From Nemertoderma westbladi (lineage: Eukaryota; Animalia; Xenacoelomorpha): 64,000 nt of DNA. Positions 35,755 to 50,099 of this stretch are shown one piece after another. Location of the stretch: contig JAUCBJ010005191.1 in assembly GCA_032718475.1 (NCBI GenBank), positions 1 through 64,000 on the forward strand, in the 5' to 3' direction. The notes below the pieces were generated by a model. The model did not search any database, was not told the DNA's origin, and was given only the letters and a program-made list of their open reading frames with translations. A program made the translations under genes and the position numbers. Position 1 is the stretch's first letter. Every line of letters begins with the position of its first letter.

Positions 35755-38700
35755 AAGGATGTCCTAGCTATAATGATCAATGTTTATGTTGGCTCTTACG
35801 TGTTACTGTCTCCCAACAGTTAAGGATGACCTAGCTATATAATGATCTATGTATATGTTGGCTCTTACGTGTTACTGTCTCCCAACAGTATTGGATGACC
35901 TAGCTATATAATGATCAATGTTTATGTTGGCTCTTACGTGTTACTGTCTCCCAACAGTATTGGATGACCTAGCTATATAATGATCAATGTTTATGTTGGC
36001 TCTTACGTGTTACTGTCTCCCAACAGTTAAGGATTAATGTTTATGTTGGCTCTTACGTGTTACTGTCTCCCAACAGTTAAGGATGACCTAGCTATATAAT
36101 GATCAATGTTTATGTTGGCTCTTACGTGTTACTGTCTCCCAACAGTTAAGGATGACCTAGCTATATAATGATCAATGTTTATGTTGGCTCTTACGTGTTA
36201 CTGTCTCCCAACAGTATTAGATGACCTAGCTATATAATGATCAATGTTTATGTTGGCTCTTACGTGTTACTGTCTCCCAACAGTTAAGGATGGCCTAGCT
36301 ATATAATGATCAATGTTTATGTTGGCTCTTACGTGTTACTGTCTCCCAACAGTATTGGACGACCTAGCTATATAATGATCAATGTTTATGTTGGCTCTTA
36401 CGTGTTACTGTCTCCCAACAGTATTGGATGACCTAGCTATATAATGATCAATGTTTATGTTGGCTCTTACGTGTTACTGTCTCCCAACAGTTAAGGATGA
36501 CCTAGCTATATAATGATCAATGTTTATGTTGGCTCTTACGTGTTACTGTCTCCCAACAGTTAAGGATGACCTAGCTATATAATGATCAATGTTTATGTTG
36601 GCTCTTACGTGTTACTGTCTCCCAACAGTTAAGGATGACCTAGCTATATAATGATCAATGCTTATGTTGGCTCTTACGTGTTACTGTCTCCCAACAGTTA
36701 AGGATGACCTAGCTATATAATGATCAATGCTTATGTTGGCTCTTACGTGTTACTGTCTCCCAACAGTTAAGGATGGCCTAGCTATATAATGATCAATGTT
36801 TATGTTGGCTCTTACGTGTTACTGTCTCCCAACAGTTAAGGATGACCTAGCTATATAATGATCAATGCTTATGTTGGCTCTTACGTGTTACTGTCTCCCA
36901 ACAGTTAAGGATGACCTAGCTATATAATGATCAATGTTTATGTTGGCTCTTACGTGTTACTGTCTCCCAACAGTATTGGATGACCTAGCTATATAATGAT
37001 CAATGCTTATGTTGGCTCTTACGTGTTACTGTCTCCCAACAGTTAAGGATGACCTAGCTATATAATGATCAATGTTTATGTTGGCTCTTACGTGTTACTG
37101 TCTCCCAACAGTTAAGGATGACCTAGCTATATAATGATCAATGCTTATGTTGGCTCTTACGTGTTACTGTCTCCCAACAGTATTGGATGACCTAGCTATA
37201 TAATGATCAATGTTTATGTTGGCTCTTACGTGTTACTGTCTCCCAACAGTTAAGGATGACCTAGCTATATAATGATCAATGTTTATGTTGGCTCTTACGT
37301 GTTACTGTCTCCCAACAGTATTGGATGACCTAGCTATATAATGATCAATGTTTATGTTGGCTCTTACGTGTTACTGTCTCCCAACAGTATTGGATGACCT
37401 AGCTATATAATGATCAATGTTTATGTTGGCTCTTACGTGTTACTGTCTCCCAACAGTTAAGGATGACCTAGCTATATAATGATCAATGTTTATGTTGGCT
37501 CTTACGTGTTACTGTCTCCCAACAGTATTGGATGACCTAGCTATATAATGATCAATGTTTATGTTGGCTCTTACGTGTTACTGTCTCCCAACAGTTAAGG
37601 ATGACCAGCTATATAATGATCAATGTTTATGTTGGCTCTTACGTGTTACTGTCTCCCAACAGTTAAGGATGACCTAGCTATATAATGATCAATGTTTATG
37701 TTGGCTCTTACGTGTTACTGTCTCCCAACAGTTAAGGATGACCTAGCTATATAATGATCAATGTTTATGTTGGCTCTTACGTGTTACTGTCTCCCAACAG
37801 TTAAGGATGACCTAGCTATATAATGATCAATGTTTATGTTGGCTCTTACGTGTTACTGTCTCCCAACAGTTAAGGATGACCTAGCTATATAATGATCAAT
37901 GTTTATGTTGGCTCTTACGTGTTACTGTCTCCCAACAGTTAAGGATGACCTAGCTATATAATGATCAATGTTTATGTTGGCTCTTACGTGTTACTGTCTC
38001 CCAACAGTTAAGGATGACCTAGCTATATAATGATCAATGTTTATGTTGGCTCTTACGTGTTACTGTCTCCCAACAGTTAAGGATGACCTAGCTATATAAT
38101 GATCAATGTTTATGTTGGCTCTTACGTGTTACTGTCTCCCAACAGTTAAGGATGACCTAGCTATATAATGATCAATGTTTATGTTGGCTCTTACGTGTTA
38201 CTGTCTCCCAACAGTATTGGATGACCTAGCTATATAATGATCAATGTTTATGTTGGCTCTTACGTGTTACTGTCTCCCAACAGTTAAGGATGACCTAGCT
38301 ATATAATGATCAATGCTTATGTTGGCTCTTACGTGTTACTGTCTCCCAACAGTTAAGGATGACCTAGCTATATAATGATCAATGCTTATGTTGGCTCTTA
38401 CGTGTTACTGTCTCCCAACAGTTAAGGATGACCTAGCTATATAATGATCAATGTTTATGTTGGCTCTTACGTGTTACTGTCTCCCAACAGTTAAGGATGA
38501 CCTAGCTATATAATGATCAATGCTTATGTTGGCTCTTACGTGTTACTGTCTCCCAACAGTTAAGGATGACCTAGCTATATAATGATCAATGTTTATGTTG
38601 GCTCTTACGTGTTACTGTCTCCCAACAGTATTGGATGACCTAGCTATATAATGATCAATGTTTATGTTGGCTCTTACGTGTTACTGTCTCCCAACAGTTA

Positions 38701-41700
38701 AGGATGACCTAGCTATATAATGATCAATGTTTATGTTGGCTCTTACGTGTTACTGTCTCCCAACAGTATTGGATGACCAGCTATATAATGATCAATGTTT
38801 ATGTTGGCTCTTACGTGTTACTGTCTCCCAACAGTATTGGGATGACCTAGCTATATAATGATCAATGTTTATGTTGGCTCTTACGTGTTACTGTCTCCCA
38901 ACAGTATTGGATGACCAGCTATATAATGATCAATGTTTATGTTGGCTCTTACGTGTTACTGTCTCCCAACAGTTAAGGATGACCTAGCTATATAATGATC
39001 AATGTTTATGTTGGCTCTTACGTGTTACTGTCTCCCAACAGTATTGGATGACCAGCTATATAATGATCAATGTTTATGTTGGCTCTTACGTGTTACTGTC
39101 TCCCAACAGTTAAGGATGACCTAGCTATATAATGATCAATGTTTATGTTGGCTCTTACGTGTTACTGTCTCCCAACAGTATTGGATGACCTAGCTATATA
39201 ATGATCAATGTTTATGTTGGCTCTTACGTGTTACTGTCTCCCAACAGTGTTGGATGACCAGCTATATAATGATCAATGTTTATGTTGGCTCTTACGTGTT
39301 ACTGTCTCCCAACAGTTAAGGATGACCTAGCTATATAATGATCAATGTTTATGTTGGCTCTTACGTGTTACTGTCTCCCAACAGTTAAGGATGACCTAGC
39401 TATATAATGATCAATGTTTATGTTGGCTCTTACGTGTTACTGTCTCCCAACAGTATTGGATGACCAGCTATATAATGATCAATGTTTATGTTGGCTCTTA
39501 CGTGTTACTGTCTCCCAACAGTTAAGGATGACCTAGCTATAATGATCAATGTTTATGTTGGCTCTTACGTGTTACTGTCTCCCAACAGTATTGGATGACC
39601 AGCTATATAATGATCAATGTTTATGTTGGCTCTTACGTGTTACTGTCTCCCAACAGTTAAGGATGACCAGCTATATAATGATCAATGTTTATGTTGGCTC
39701 TTACGTGTTACTGTCTCCCAACAGTTAAGGATGACCTAGCTATATAATGATCAATGTTTATGTTGGCTCTTACGTGTTACTGTCTCCCAACAGTTAAGGA
39801 TGACCTAGCTATATAATGATCAATGTTTATGTTGGCTCTTACGTGTTACTGTCTCCCAACAGTTAAGGATGACCAGCTATATAATGATCAATGTTTATGT
39901 TGGCTCTTACGTGTTACTGTCTCCCAACAGTTAAGGATGACCTAGCTATATAATGATCAATGTTTATGTTGGCTCTTACGTGTTACTGTCTCCCAACAGT
40001 ATTGGATGACCAGCTATATAATGATCAATGTTTATGTTGGCTCTTACGTGTTACTGTCTCCCAACAGTTAAGGATGACCTAGCTATATAATGATCAATGT
40101 TTATGTTGGCTCTTACGTGTTACTGTCTCCCAACAGTTAAGGATGACCTAGCTATATAATGATCAATGTTTATGTTGGCTCTTACGTGTTACTGTCTCCC
40201 AACAGTTAAGGATGACCTAGCTATATAATGATCAATGTTTATGTTGGCTCTTACGTGTTACTGTCTCCCAACAGTATTGGATGACCTAGCTATATAATGA
40301 TCAATGTTTATGTTGGCTCTTACGTGTTACTGTCTCCCAACAGTATGGATGACCTAGCTATATAATGATCAATGTTTATGTTGGCTCTTACGTGTTACTG
40401 TCTCCCAACAGTTATTGGATGACCTAGCTATATAATGATCAATGTTTATGTTGGCTCTTACGTGTTACTGTCTCCCAACAGTTAAGGATGACCTAGCTAT
40501 ATAATGATCAATGTTTATGTTGGCTCTTACGTGTTACTGTCTCCCAACAGTATTGGATGACCTAGCTATATAATGATCAATGTTTATGTTGGCTCTTACG
40601 TGTTACTGTCTCCCAACAGTTAAGGATGACCTAGCTATATAATGATCAATGTTTATGTTGGCTCTTACGTGTTACTGTCTCCCAACAGTTATGGATGACC
40701 TAGCTATATAATGATCAATGTTTATGTTGGCTCTTACGTGTTACTGTCTCCCAACAGTTAAGGATGACCTAGCTATATAATGATCAATGTTTATGTTGGC
40801 TCTTACGTGTTACTGTCTCCCAACAGTTAAGGATGACCTAGCTATATAATGATCAATGTTTATGTTGGCTCTTACGTGTTACTGTCTCCCAACAGTATTG
40901 GATGACCTAGCTATATAATGATCAATGTTTATGTTGGCTCTTACGTGTTACTGTCTCCCAACAGTTAAGGATGACCTAGCTATATAATGATCAATGTTTA
41001 TGTTGGCTCTTACGTGTTACTGTCTCCCAACAGTATTGGATGACCTAGCTATATAATGATCAATGTTTATGTTGGCTCTTACGTGTTACTGTCTCCCAAC
41101 AGTTAAGGATGACCTAGCTATATAATGATCAATGTTTATGTTGGCTCTTACGTGTTACTGTCTCCCAACAGTATTGGATGACCTAGCTATATAATGATCA
41201 ATGTTTATGTTGGCTCTTACGTGTTACTGTCTCCCAACAGTTAAGGATGACCTAGCTATATAATGATCAATGTTTATGTTGGCTCTTACGTGTTACTGTC
41301 TCCCAACAGTATTGGATGACCTAGCTATATAATGATCAATGTTTATGTTGGCTCTTACGTGTTACTGTCTCCCAACAGTTAAGGATGACCTAGCTATATA
41401 ATGATCAATGTTTATGTTGGCTCTTACGTGTTACTGTCTCCCAACAGTATTGGATGACCTAGCTATATAATGATCAATGTTTATGTTGGCTCTTACGTGT
41501 TACTGTCTCCCAACAGTTAAGGATGACCTAGCTATATAATGATCAATGTTTATGTTGGCTCTTACGTGTTACTGTCTCCCAACAGTATTGGATGACCTAG
41601 CTATATAATGATCAATGTTTATGTTGGCTCTTACGTGTTACTGTCTCCCAACAGTATTGGATGACCTAGCTATATAATGATCAATGTTTATGTTGGCTCT

Positions 41701-44700
41701 TACGTGTTACTGTCTCCCAACAGTTAAGGATGACCTAGCTATATAATGATCAATGTTTATGTTGGCTCTTACGTGTTACTGTCTCCCAACAGTATTGGAT
41801 GACCTAGCTATATAATGATCAATGTTTATGTTGGCTCTTACGTGTTACTGTCTCCCAACAGTTAAGGATGACCTAGCTATATAATGATCAATGTTTATGT
41901 TGGCTCTTACGTGTTACTGTCTCCCAACAGTTATGGATGACCTAGCTATATAATGATCAATGTTTATGTTGGCTCTTACGTGTTACTGTCTCCCAACAGT
42001 TAAGGATGACCTAGCTATATAATGATCAATGTTTATGTTGGCTCTTACGTGTTACTGTCTCCCAACAGTATTGGATGACCTAGCTATATAATGATCAATG
42101 TTTATGTTGGCTCTTACGTGTTACTGTCTCCCAACAGTTAAGGATGACCTAGCTATATAATGATCAATGTTTATGTTGGCTCTTACGTGTTACTGTCTCC
42201 CAACAGTATTGGATGACCTAGCTATATAATGATCAATGTTTATGTTGGCTCTTACGTGTTACTGTCTCCCAACAGTTAAGGATGACCTAGCTATATAATG
42301 ATCAATGTTTATGTTGGCTCTTACGTGTTACTGTCTCCCAACAGTATTGGATGACCTAGCTATATAATGATCAATGTTTATGTTGGCTCTTACGTGTTAC
42401 TGTCTCCCAACAGTATTGGATGACCTAGCTATATAATGATCAATGTTTATGTTGGCTCTTACGTGTTACTGTCTCCCAACAGTATTGGATGACCTAGCTA
42501 TATAATGATCAATGTTTATGTTGGCTCTTACGTGTTACTGTCTCCCAACAGTATTGGATGACCTAGCTATATAATGATCAATGTTTATGTTGGCTCTTAC
42601 GTGTTACTGTCTCCCAACAGTATTGGATGACCTAGCTATATAATGATCAATGTTTATGTTGGCTCTTACGTGTTACTGTCTCCCAACAGTATTGGATGAC
42701 CTAGCTATATAATGATCAATGTTTATGTTGGCTCTTACGTGTTACTGTCTCCCAACAGTATTGGATGACCTAGCTATATAATGATCAATGTTTATGTTGG
42801 CTCTTACGTGTTACTGTCTCCCAACAGTTATGGATGACCTAGCTATATAATGATCAATGTTTATGTTGGCTCTTACGTGTTACTGTCTCCCAACAGTATT
42901 GGATGACCTAGCTATATAATGATCAATGTTTATGTTGGCTCTTACGTGTTACTGTCTCCCAACAGTTATGGATGACCTAGCTATATAATGATCAATGTTT
43001 ATGTTGGCTCTTACGTGTTACTGTCTCCCAACAGTATTGGATGACCTAGCTATATAATGATCAATGTTTATGTTGGCTCTTACGTGTTACTGTCTCCCAA
43101 CAGTATTGGATGACCTAGCTATATAATGATCAATGTTTATGTTGGCTCTTACGTGTTACTGTCTCCCAACAGTTAAGGATGACCTAGCTATATAATGATC
43201 AATGTTTATGTTGGCTCTTACGTGTTACTGTCTCCCAACAGTATTGGATGACCTAGCTATATAATGATCAATGTTTATGTTGGCTCTTACGTGTTACTGT
43301 CTCCCAACAGTTAAGGATGACCTAGCTATATAATGATCAATGTTTATGTTGGCTCTTACGTGTTACTGTCTCCCAACAGTATTGGATGACCTAGCTATAT
43401 AATGATCAATGTTTATGTTGGCTCTTACGTGTTACTGTCTCCCAACAGTTATGGATGACCTAGCTATATAATGATCAATGTTTATGTTGGCTCTTACGTG
43501 TTACTGTCTCCCAACAGTTAAGGATGACCTAGCTATATAATGATCAATGTTTATGTTGGCTCTTACGTGTTACTGTCTCCCAACAGTATTGGATGACCTA
43601 GCTATATAATGATCAATGTTTATGTTGGCTCTTACGTGTTACTGTCTCCCAACAGTATTGGATGACCTAGCTATATAATGATCAATGTTTATGTTGGCTC
43701 TTACGTGTTACTGTCTCCCAACAGTATTGGATGACCTAGCTATATAATGATCAATGTTTATGTTGGCTCTTACGTGTTACTGTCTCCCAACAGTATTGGA
43801 TGACCTAGCTATATAATGATCAATGTTTATGTTGGCTCTTACGTGTTACTGTCTCCCAACAGTATTGGATGACCTAGCTATATAATGATCAATGTTTATG
43901 TTGGCTCTTACGTGTTACTGTCTCCCAACAGTATTGGATGACCTAGCTATATAATGATCAATGTTTATGTTGGCTCTTACGTGTTACTGTCTCCCAACAG
44001 TATTGGATGACCTAGCTATATAATGATCAATGTTTATGTTGGCTCTTACGTGTTACTGTCTCCCAACAGTATTGGATGACCTAGCTATATAATGATCAAT
44101 GTTTATGTTGGCTCTTACGTGTTACTGTCTCCCAACAGTTAAGGATGACCTAGCTATATAATGATCAATGTTTATGTTGGCTCTTACGTGTTACTGTCTC
44201 CCAACAGTATTGGATGACCTAGCTATATAATGATCAATGTTTATGTTGGCTCTTACGTGTTACTGTCTCCCAACAGTTAAGGATGACCTAGCTATATAAT
44301 GATCAATGTTTATGTTGGCTCTTACGTGGTACTGTCTCCCAACAGTATTGGATGACCTAGCTATATAATGATCAATGTTTATGTTGGCTCTTACGTGTTA
44401 CTGTCTCCCAACAGTTAAGGATGACCTAGCTATATAATGATCAATGTTTATGTTGGCTCTTACGTGTTACTGTTTCCCAACAGTTAAGGATGACCAGCTA
44501 TATAATGATCAATGTTTATGTTGGCTCTTACGTGTTACTGTTTCCCAACAGTTAAGGATGACCAGCTATATAATGATCAATGTTTATGTTGGCTCTTACG
44601 TGTTACTGTCTCCCAACAGTTAAGGATGACCTAGCTATATAATGATCAATGTTTATGTTGGCTCTTACGTGTTGCTGTCTCCCAACAGTTAAGGATGACC

Positions 44701-47700
44701 AGCTATATAATGATCAATGTTTATGTTGGCTCTTACGTGTTACTGTTTCCCAACAGTTAAGGATGACCAGCTATATAATGATCAATGTTTATGTTGGCTC
44801 TTACGTGTTACTGTTTCCCAACAGTTAAGGATGACCTAGCTATATAATGATCAATGTTTATGTTGGCTCTTACGTGGTACTGTCTCCCAACAGTATTGGA
44901 TGACCTAGCTATATAATGATCAATGTTTATGTTGGCTCTTACGTGTTACTGTCTCCCAACAGTTAAGGATGACCTAGCTATATAATGATCAATGTTTATG
45001 TTGGCTCTTACGTGTTACTGTCTCCCAACAGTATTGGATGACCTAGCTATATAATGATCAATGTTTATGTTGGCTCTTACGTGGTACTGTCTCCCAACAG
45101 TATTGTATGACCAGCTATATAATGATCAATGTTTATGTTGGCTCTTACGTGTTACTGTCTCCCAACAGTTAAGGATGACCTAGCTATATAATGATCAATG
45201 TTTATGTTGGCTCTTACGTGTTACTGTCTCCCAACAGTATTGGATGGCCTAGCTATATAATGATCAATGTTTATGTTGGCTCTTACGTGTTACTGTCTCC
45301 CAACAGTATTGGATGACCTAGCTATATAATGATCAATGTTTATGTTGGCTCTTACGTGTTATTGTCTCCCAACAGTTAAGGATGACCTAGCTATATAATG
45401 ATCAATGTTTATGTTGGCTCTTACGTGTTACTGTCTCCCAACAGTTAAGGATGACCTAGCTATATAATGATCAATGTTTATGTTGGCTCTTACGTGTTAC
45501 TGTCTCCCAACAGTATTGGATGACCTAGCTATATAATGATCAATGTTTATGTTGGCTCTTACGTGTTACTGTCTCCCAACAGTATTGGATGACCTAGCTA
45601 TATAATGATCAATGTTTATGTTGGCTCTTACGTGTTACTGTCTCCCAACAGTATTGGATGACCTAGCTATATAATGATCAATGTTTATGTTGGCTCTTAC
45701 GTGTTACTGTCTCCCAACAGTTAAGGATGACCTAGCTATATAATGATCAATGTTTATGTTGGCTCTTACGTGTTACTGTCTCCCAACAGTTAAGGATGAC
45801 CAGCTATATAATGATCAATGTTTATGTTGGCTCTTACGTGTTACTGTCTCCCAACAGTTAAGGATGACCTAGCTATATAATGATCAATGTTTATGTTGGC
45901 TCTTACGTGTTACTGTCTCCCAACAGTATTGGATGACCTAGCTATATAATGATCAATGTTTATGTTGGCTCTTACGTGTTACTGTCTCCCAACAGTATTG
46001 GATGACCTAGCTATATAATGATCAATGTTTATGTTGGCTCTTACGTGTTACTGTCTCCCAACAGTTAAGGATGACCTAGCTATATAATGATCAATGTTTA
46101 TGTTGGCTCTTACGTGTTACTGTCTCCCAACAGTTAAGGATGACCTAGCTATATAATGATCAATGTTTATGTTGGCTCTTACGTGTTACTGTCTCCCAAC
46201 AGTTAAGGATGACCTAGCTATATAATGATCAATGTTTATGTTGGCTCTTACGTGTTACTGTCTCCCAACAGTATTGGATGACCTAGCTATATAATGATCA
46301 ATGTTTATGTTGGCTCTTACGTGTTACTGTCTCCCAACAGTTAAGGATGACCTAGCTATATAATGATCAATGTTTATGTTGGCTCTTACGTGTTACTGTC
46401 TCCCAACAGTTAAGGATGACCTAGCTATATAATGATCAATGTTTATGTTGGCTCTTACGTGTTACTGTCTCCCAACAGTTAAGGATGACCTAGCTATATA
46501 ATGATCAATGTTTATGTTGGCTCTTACGTGTTACTGTCTCCCAACAGTATTGGATGACCTAGCTATATAATGATCAATGTTTATGTTGGCTCTTACGTGT
46601 TACTGTCTCCCAACAGTTAAGGATGACCTAGCTATATAATGATCAATGTTTATGTTGGCTCTTACGTGTTACTGTCTCCCAACAGTATTGGATGACCAGC
46701 TATATAATGATCAATGTTTATGTTGGCTCTTACGTGTTACTGTCTCCCAACAGTATTGGATGACCAGCTATATAATGATCAATGTTTATGTTGGCTCTTA
46801 CGTGTTACTGTCTCCCAACAGTATTGGATGACCTAGCTATATAATGATCAATGTTTATGTTGGCTCTTACGTGTTACTGTCTCCCAACAGTATTGGATGA
46901 CCAGCTATATAATGATCAATGTTTATGTTGGCTCTTACGTGTTACTGTCTCCCAACAGTATTGGATGACCTAGCTATATAATGATCAATGTTTATGTTGG
47001 CTCTTACGTGTTACTGTCTCCCAACAGTATTGGATGACCAGCTATATAATGATCAATGTTTATGTTGGCTCTTACGTGTTACTGTCTCCCAACAGTATTG
47101 GATGACCTAGCTATATAATGATCAATGTTTATGTTGGCTCTTACGTGTTACTGTCTCCCAACAGTATTGGATGACCAGCTATATAATGATCAATGTTTAT
47201 GTTGGCTCTTACGTGTTACTGTCTCCCAACAGTATTGGATGACCTAGCTATATAATGATCAATGTTTATGTTGGCTCTTACGTGTTACTGTCTCCCAACA
47301 GTATTGGATGACCTAGCTATATAATGATCAATGTTTATGTTGGCTCTTACGTGTTACTGTCTCCCAACAGTTAAGGATGACCTAGCTATATAATGATCAA
47401 TGTTTATGTTGGCTCTTACGTGTTACTGTCTCCCAACAGTATTGGATGGCCTAGCTATATAATGATCAATGTTTATGTTGGCTCTTACGTGTTACTGTCT
47501 CCCAACAGTTAAGGATGACCTAGCTATATAATGATCAATGTTTATGTTGGCTCTTACGTGTTACTGTCTTCCAACAGTATTGGATGGCCTAGCTATATAA
47601 TGATCAATGTTTATGTTGGCTCTTACGTGTTACTGTCTCCCAACAGTTAAGGATGACCAGCTATATAATGATCAATGTTTATGTTGGCTCTTACGTGTTA

Positions 47701-48120
47701 CTGTCTCCCAACAGTTAAGGATGACCTAGCTATATAATGATCAATGTTTATGTTGGCTCTTACGTGTTACTGTCTCCCAACAGTATTGGATGACCTAGCT
47801 ATATAATGATCAATGTTTATGTTGGCTCTTACGTGTTACTGTCTCCCAACAGTTAAGGATGACCTAGCTATATAATGATCAATGTTTATGTTGGCTCTTA
47901 CGTGTTACTGTCTCCCAACAGTATTGGATGACCTAGCTATATAATGATCAATGTTTATGTTGGCTCTTACGTGTTACTGTCTCCCAACAGTATTGGATGA
48001 CCAGCTATATAATGATCTATGTATATGTTGGCTCTTACGTGTTACTGTCTCCCAACAGTATTGGATGACCTAGCTATATAATGATCAATGTTTATGTTCG
48101 CTCTTACGTTACTGTCTCCC
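35755..48120. repeat. 69-bp satellite, about 180 copies (12.4 kb), with two main variants
   Basis: Unit ggatgacctagctatataatgatcaatgtttatgttggctcttacgtgttactgtctcccaacag(ttaa/tatt). One orphan partial unit lies at about 34611-34674. Confidence 0.98.
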
Positions 48121-48473
48121 AGTTTCACTGTTGTTTCTCTTAGTCCTTCATTGTATGTTATGTTAGCAATAATGCAGAATGTTATTTATTTACTGTTGTA
48201 TTTATTTATCATATAATTTATTTATTTAGTGTTTTGTTACTATAAGTGCTAAACTATCTGTAAATTAAAACTTTGGTTGAAATGGGGGAATTATATGCTT
48301 TTTAAACTGCTTCATCACCGATCGGGGAGGGGGGTCTTCAAGTTATCTTTACCGGAACCAAAGTAATTTAGGAAACAGAATGGAAGGGTTTACTGTTGAA
48401 GATCACCCATGGTGGTGAACAGGCATTCCTTTAGGAAACAGAGTGGAAGGGTTTACTGTGGAAGATCACCAAT

Positions 48474-48561
48474 GGTGGCTGAACTGGTTAGCGCTACAAC
48501 TGATGAGACCTGTTAGGCCGAAACGTACGAGTAGCGCTGGTTCAAACCCCGGTGACGTTTT
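48474..48561 (+). ncRNA. tRNA-like Pol III unit or SINE head containing a minimal type I hammerhead ribozyme motif (probably a slightly decayed copy)
   Basis: A box TGGCTGAACTGG (48476-48487); agcgctac-aa-CTGATGA-gacctgttaggcc-GAAAC-GTA-cga-gtagcgct; B box GGTTCAAACCC (48539-48549); TTTT at 48558-48561. Confidence 0.7.
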
Positions 48562-49226
48562 ATTACATCATGTTATAGAAAATCATTTCATATATATTAT
48601 TTTCTCAATAAATATTTTTAGCCAGTTATAAATAATATTTAAAATTAATTACAAACACAAATCATTTATAAATAATTTACTAAACGCGTGTTAAATTTTT
48701 TTAGCCCAGCACAAATAAATCGAAGGAACTACAAACACTAAGTAAAATCACATTTTAAATCCACTGCATTGTTCCAAGTATCTAAAAATAATTATTACAT
48801 AATAAATAATAATTGATACTACACTAAACATTGATACTTTATTCAGTCAATAATATATACGTTACCGGTACTTCATATTATTATCCATTGACTATTGTAC
48901 ATATGAGAGCGGATTATAGCGTCTCTATCAATTTAATTTGATAAATATATATTTGTTAGAAAATAGTATATTCAATTACCTTTATAAGGTAAGTAACCCA
49001 CAAACGACAAAATAAACTATATAATGTTGAATATACTTCCTCTGTAACATGTTCCTCCTTTACATCAATTAATAATTAACATTAATTAGCGTTAGTAATG
49101 GTTGTCGGTGTAGCTTTTAGAAGTATTGATTATTATTCTGGCGAACAGACAACGGTTAAACTAAACAAGTTATTTAGTTACTTTTGAAAGATATTCTTCT
49201 AACTAAAATGAATTCCAATCAGGAAA

Positions 49227-50099
49227 CTAAAGTTTTGAACTTTTGCGATCCATCATTCCTTGTATCAGATCGATAGGCAATGGGAATACAATAGTAGAGT
49301 TCTTCTCCGCCGATATGGTTGTCAGGGTCTGCATGTATCTCAGTTGCAGGGCTATAGGCGATTCAGAAATAACATCGGAAGCCTCTTTGAGGGCCTTCGA
49401 GGCTTTCCACTCACCTTCAGCAGCAATAACTTTAGCCTTAGCTTCACGAGCTGCTTCGGCCTCAGCTGCCATCGCTCGCTGCATTTGAACTGGTAAACGA
49501 ACATCTTTAACCTCAACCCTCTCAACCTTCACTCCCCAAGGATCAGTGGCCGAATCAAGCATGGTCTGCATGCTATGACTGATATGCTCTCGATCAGACA
49601 AAACCTCGAAAAGATTTTTGGTTCCCAGAACGTTTCGCAAGGTCGTGGCTGAGAGTAGACGTGTTGATCTGTCAAAATGCTCCACATTTGTTATGGAAAT
49701 AATGGGATTGAAGACCCTGTAGTAGACAACAGCATCAACAGCAACTGTAACAGAATCTTTGGTCAGGATCTCTTGGGGAGGCACGTCAAACGAGACGGTT
49801 CTTAGATCGACTTTTTGGTAGTTGTCGGTGCACGGTAGAATGCAGAAAAGACCGGGTCCTTTCGCCCCACCTTGGAGGATTCGACCCAGACGAAATATAA
49901 CAGCTCTTTCATATTCCTGTACGATTTTGAAACACATGAAGATGCTGATAGGGAAGGTAAGAACGACAGCGATAAAACTTAGGAAAATCAATATGTAGTC
50001 GCATATTCCTCTTTTGGGGGCTTGACCTCTGTCATTGTATAATTCGCCTTCACTGCCCACCCGAGCTGAGGTATTATCCATAATAGGTAAATCAATCAT
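49227..50099 (-). CDS. STOM: Stomatin (band 7/SPFH family), intronless
   Basis: 290 aa with a hydrophobic hairpin, then CFKIVQEYERAVIFRLGR..GGAKGPGLF.ILPC.D, VDLRTVSFDVPPQEILTKDSVTVAVDAVVY, WGVKVERVEVKDVRLP.QMQRAMAAEAEA and ALQLRY.QTL..ISAEKNSTIVFPLPID. Confidence 0.97.
   Translation of the reverse strand: MIDLPIMDNTSARVGSEGELYNDRGQAPKRGICDYILIFLSFIAVVLTFPISIFMCFKIVQEYERAVIFRLGRILQGGAKGPGLFCILPCTDNYQKVDLRTVSFDVPPQEILTKDSVTVAVDAVVYYRVFNPIISITNVEHFDRSTRLLSATTLRNVLGTKNLFEVLSDREHISHSMQTMLDSATDPWGVKVERVEVKDVRLPVQMQRAMAAEAEAAREAKAKVIAAEGEWKASKALKEASDVISESPIALQLRYMQTLTTISAEKNSTIVFPLPIDLIQGMMDRKSSKL

Noticed and set aside
48474-48556. A genuine tRNA gene with an intron
   Set aside because: The acceptor and T stems pair poorly, there is no canonical anticodon loop, and the insert matches a hammerhead core instead.
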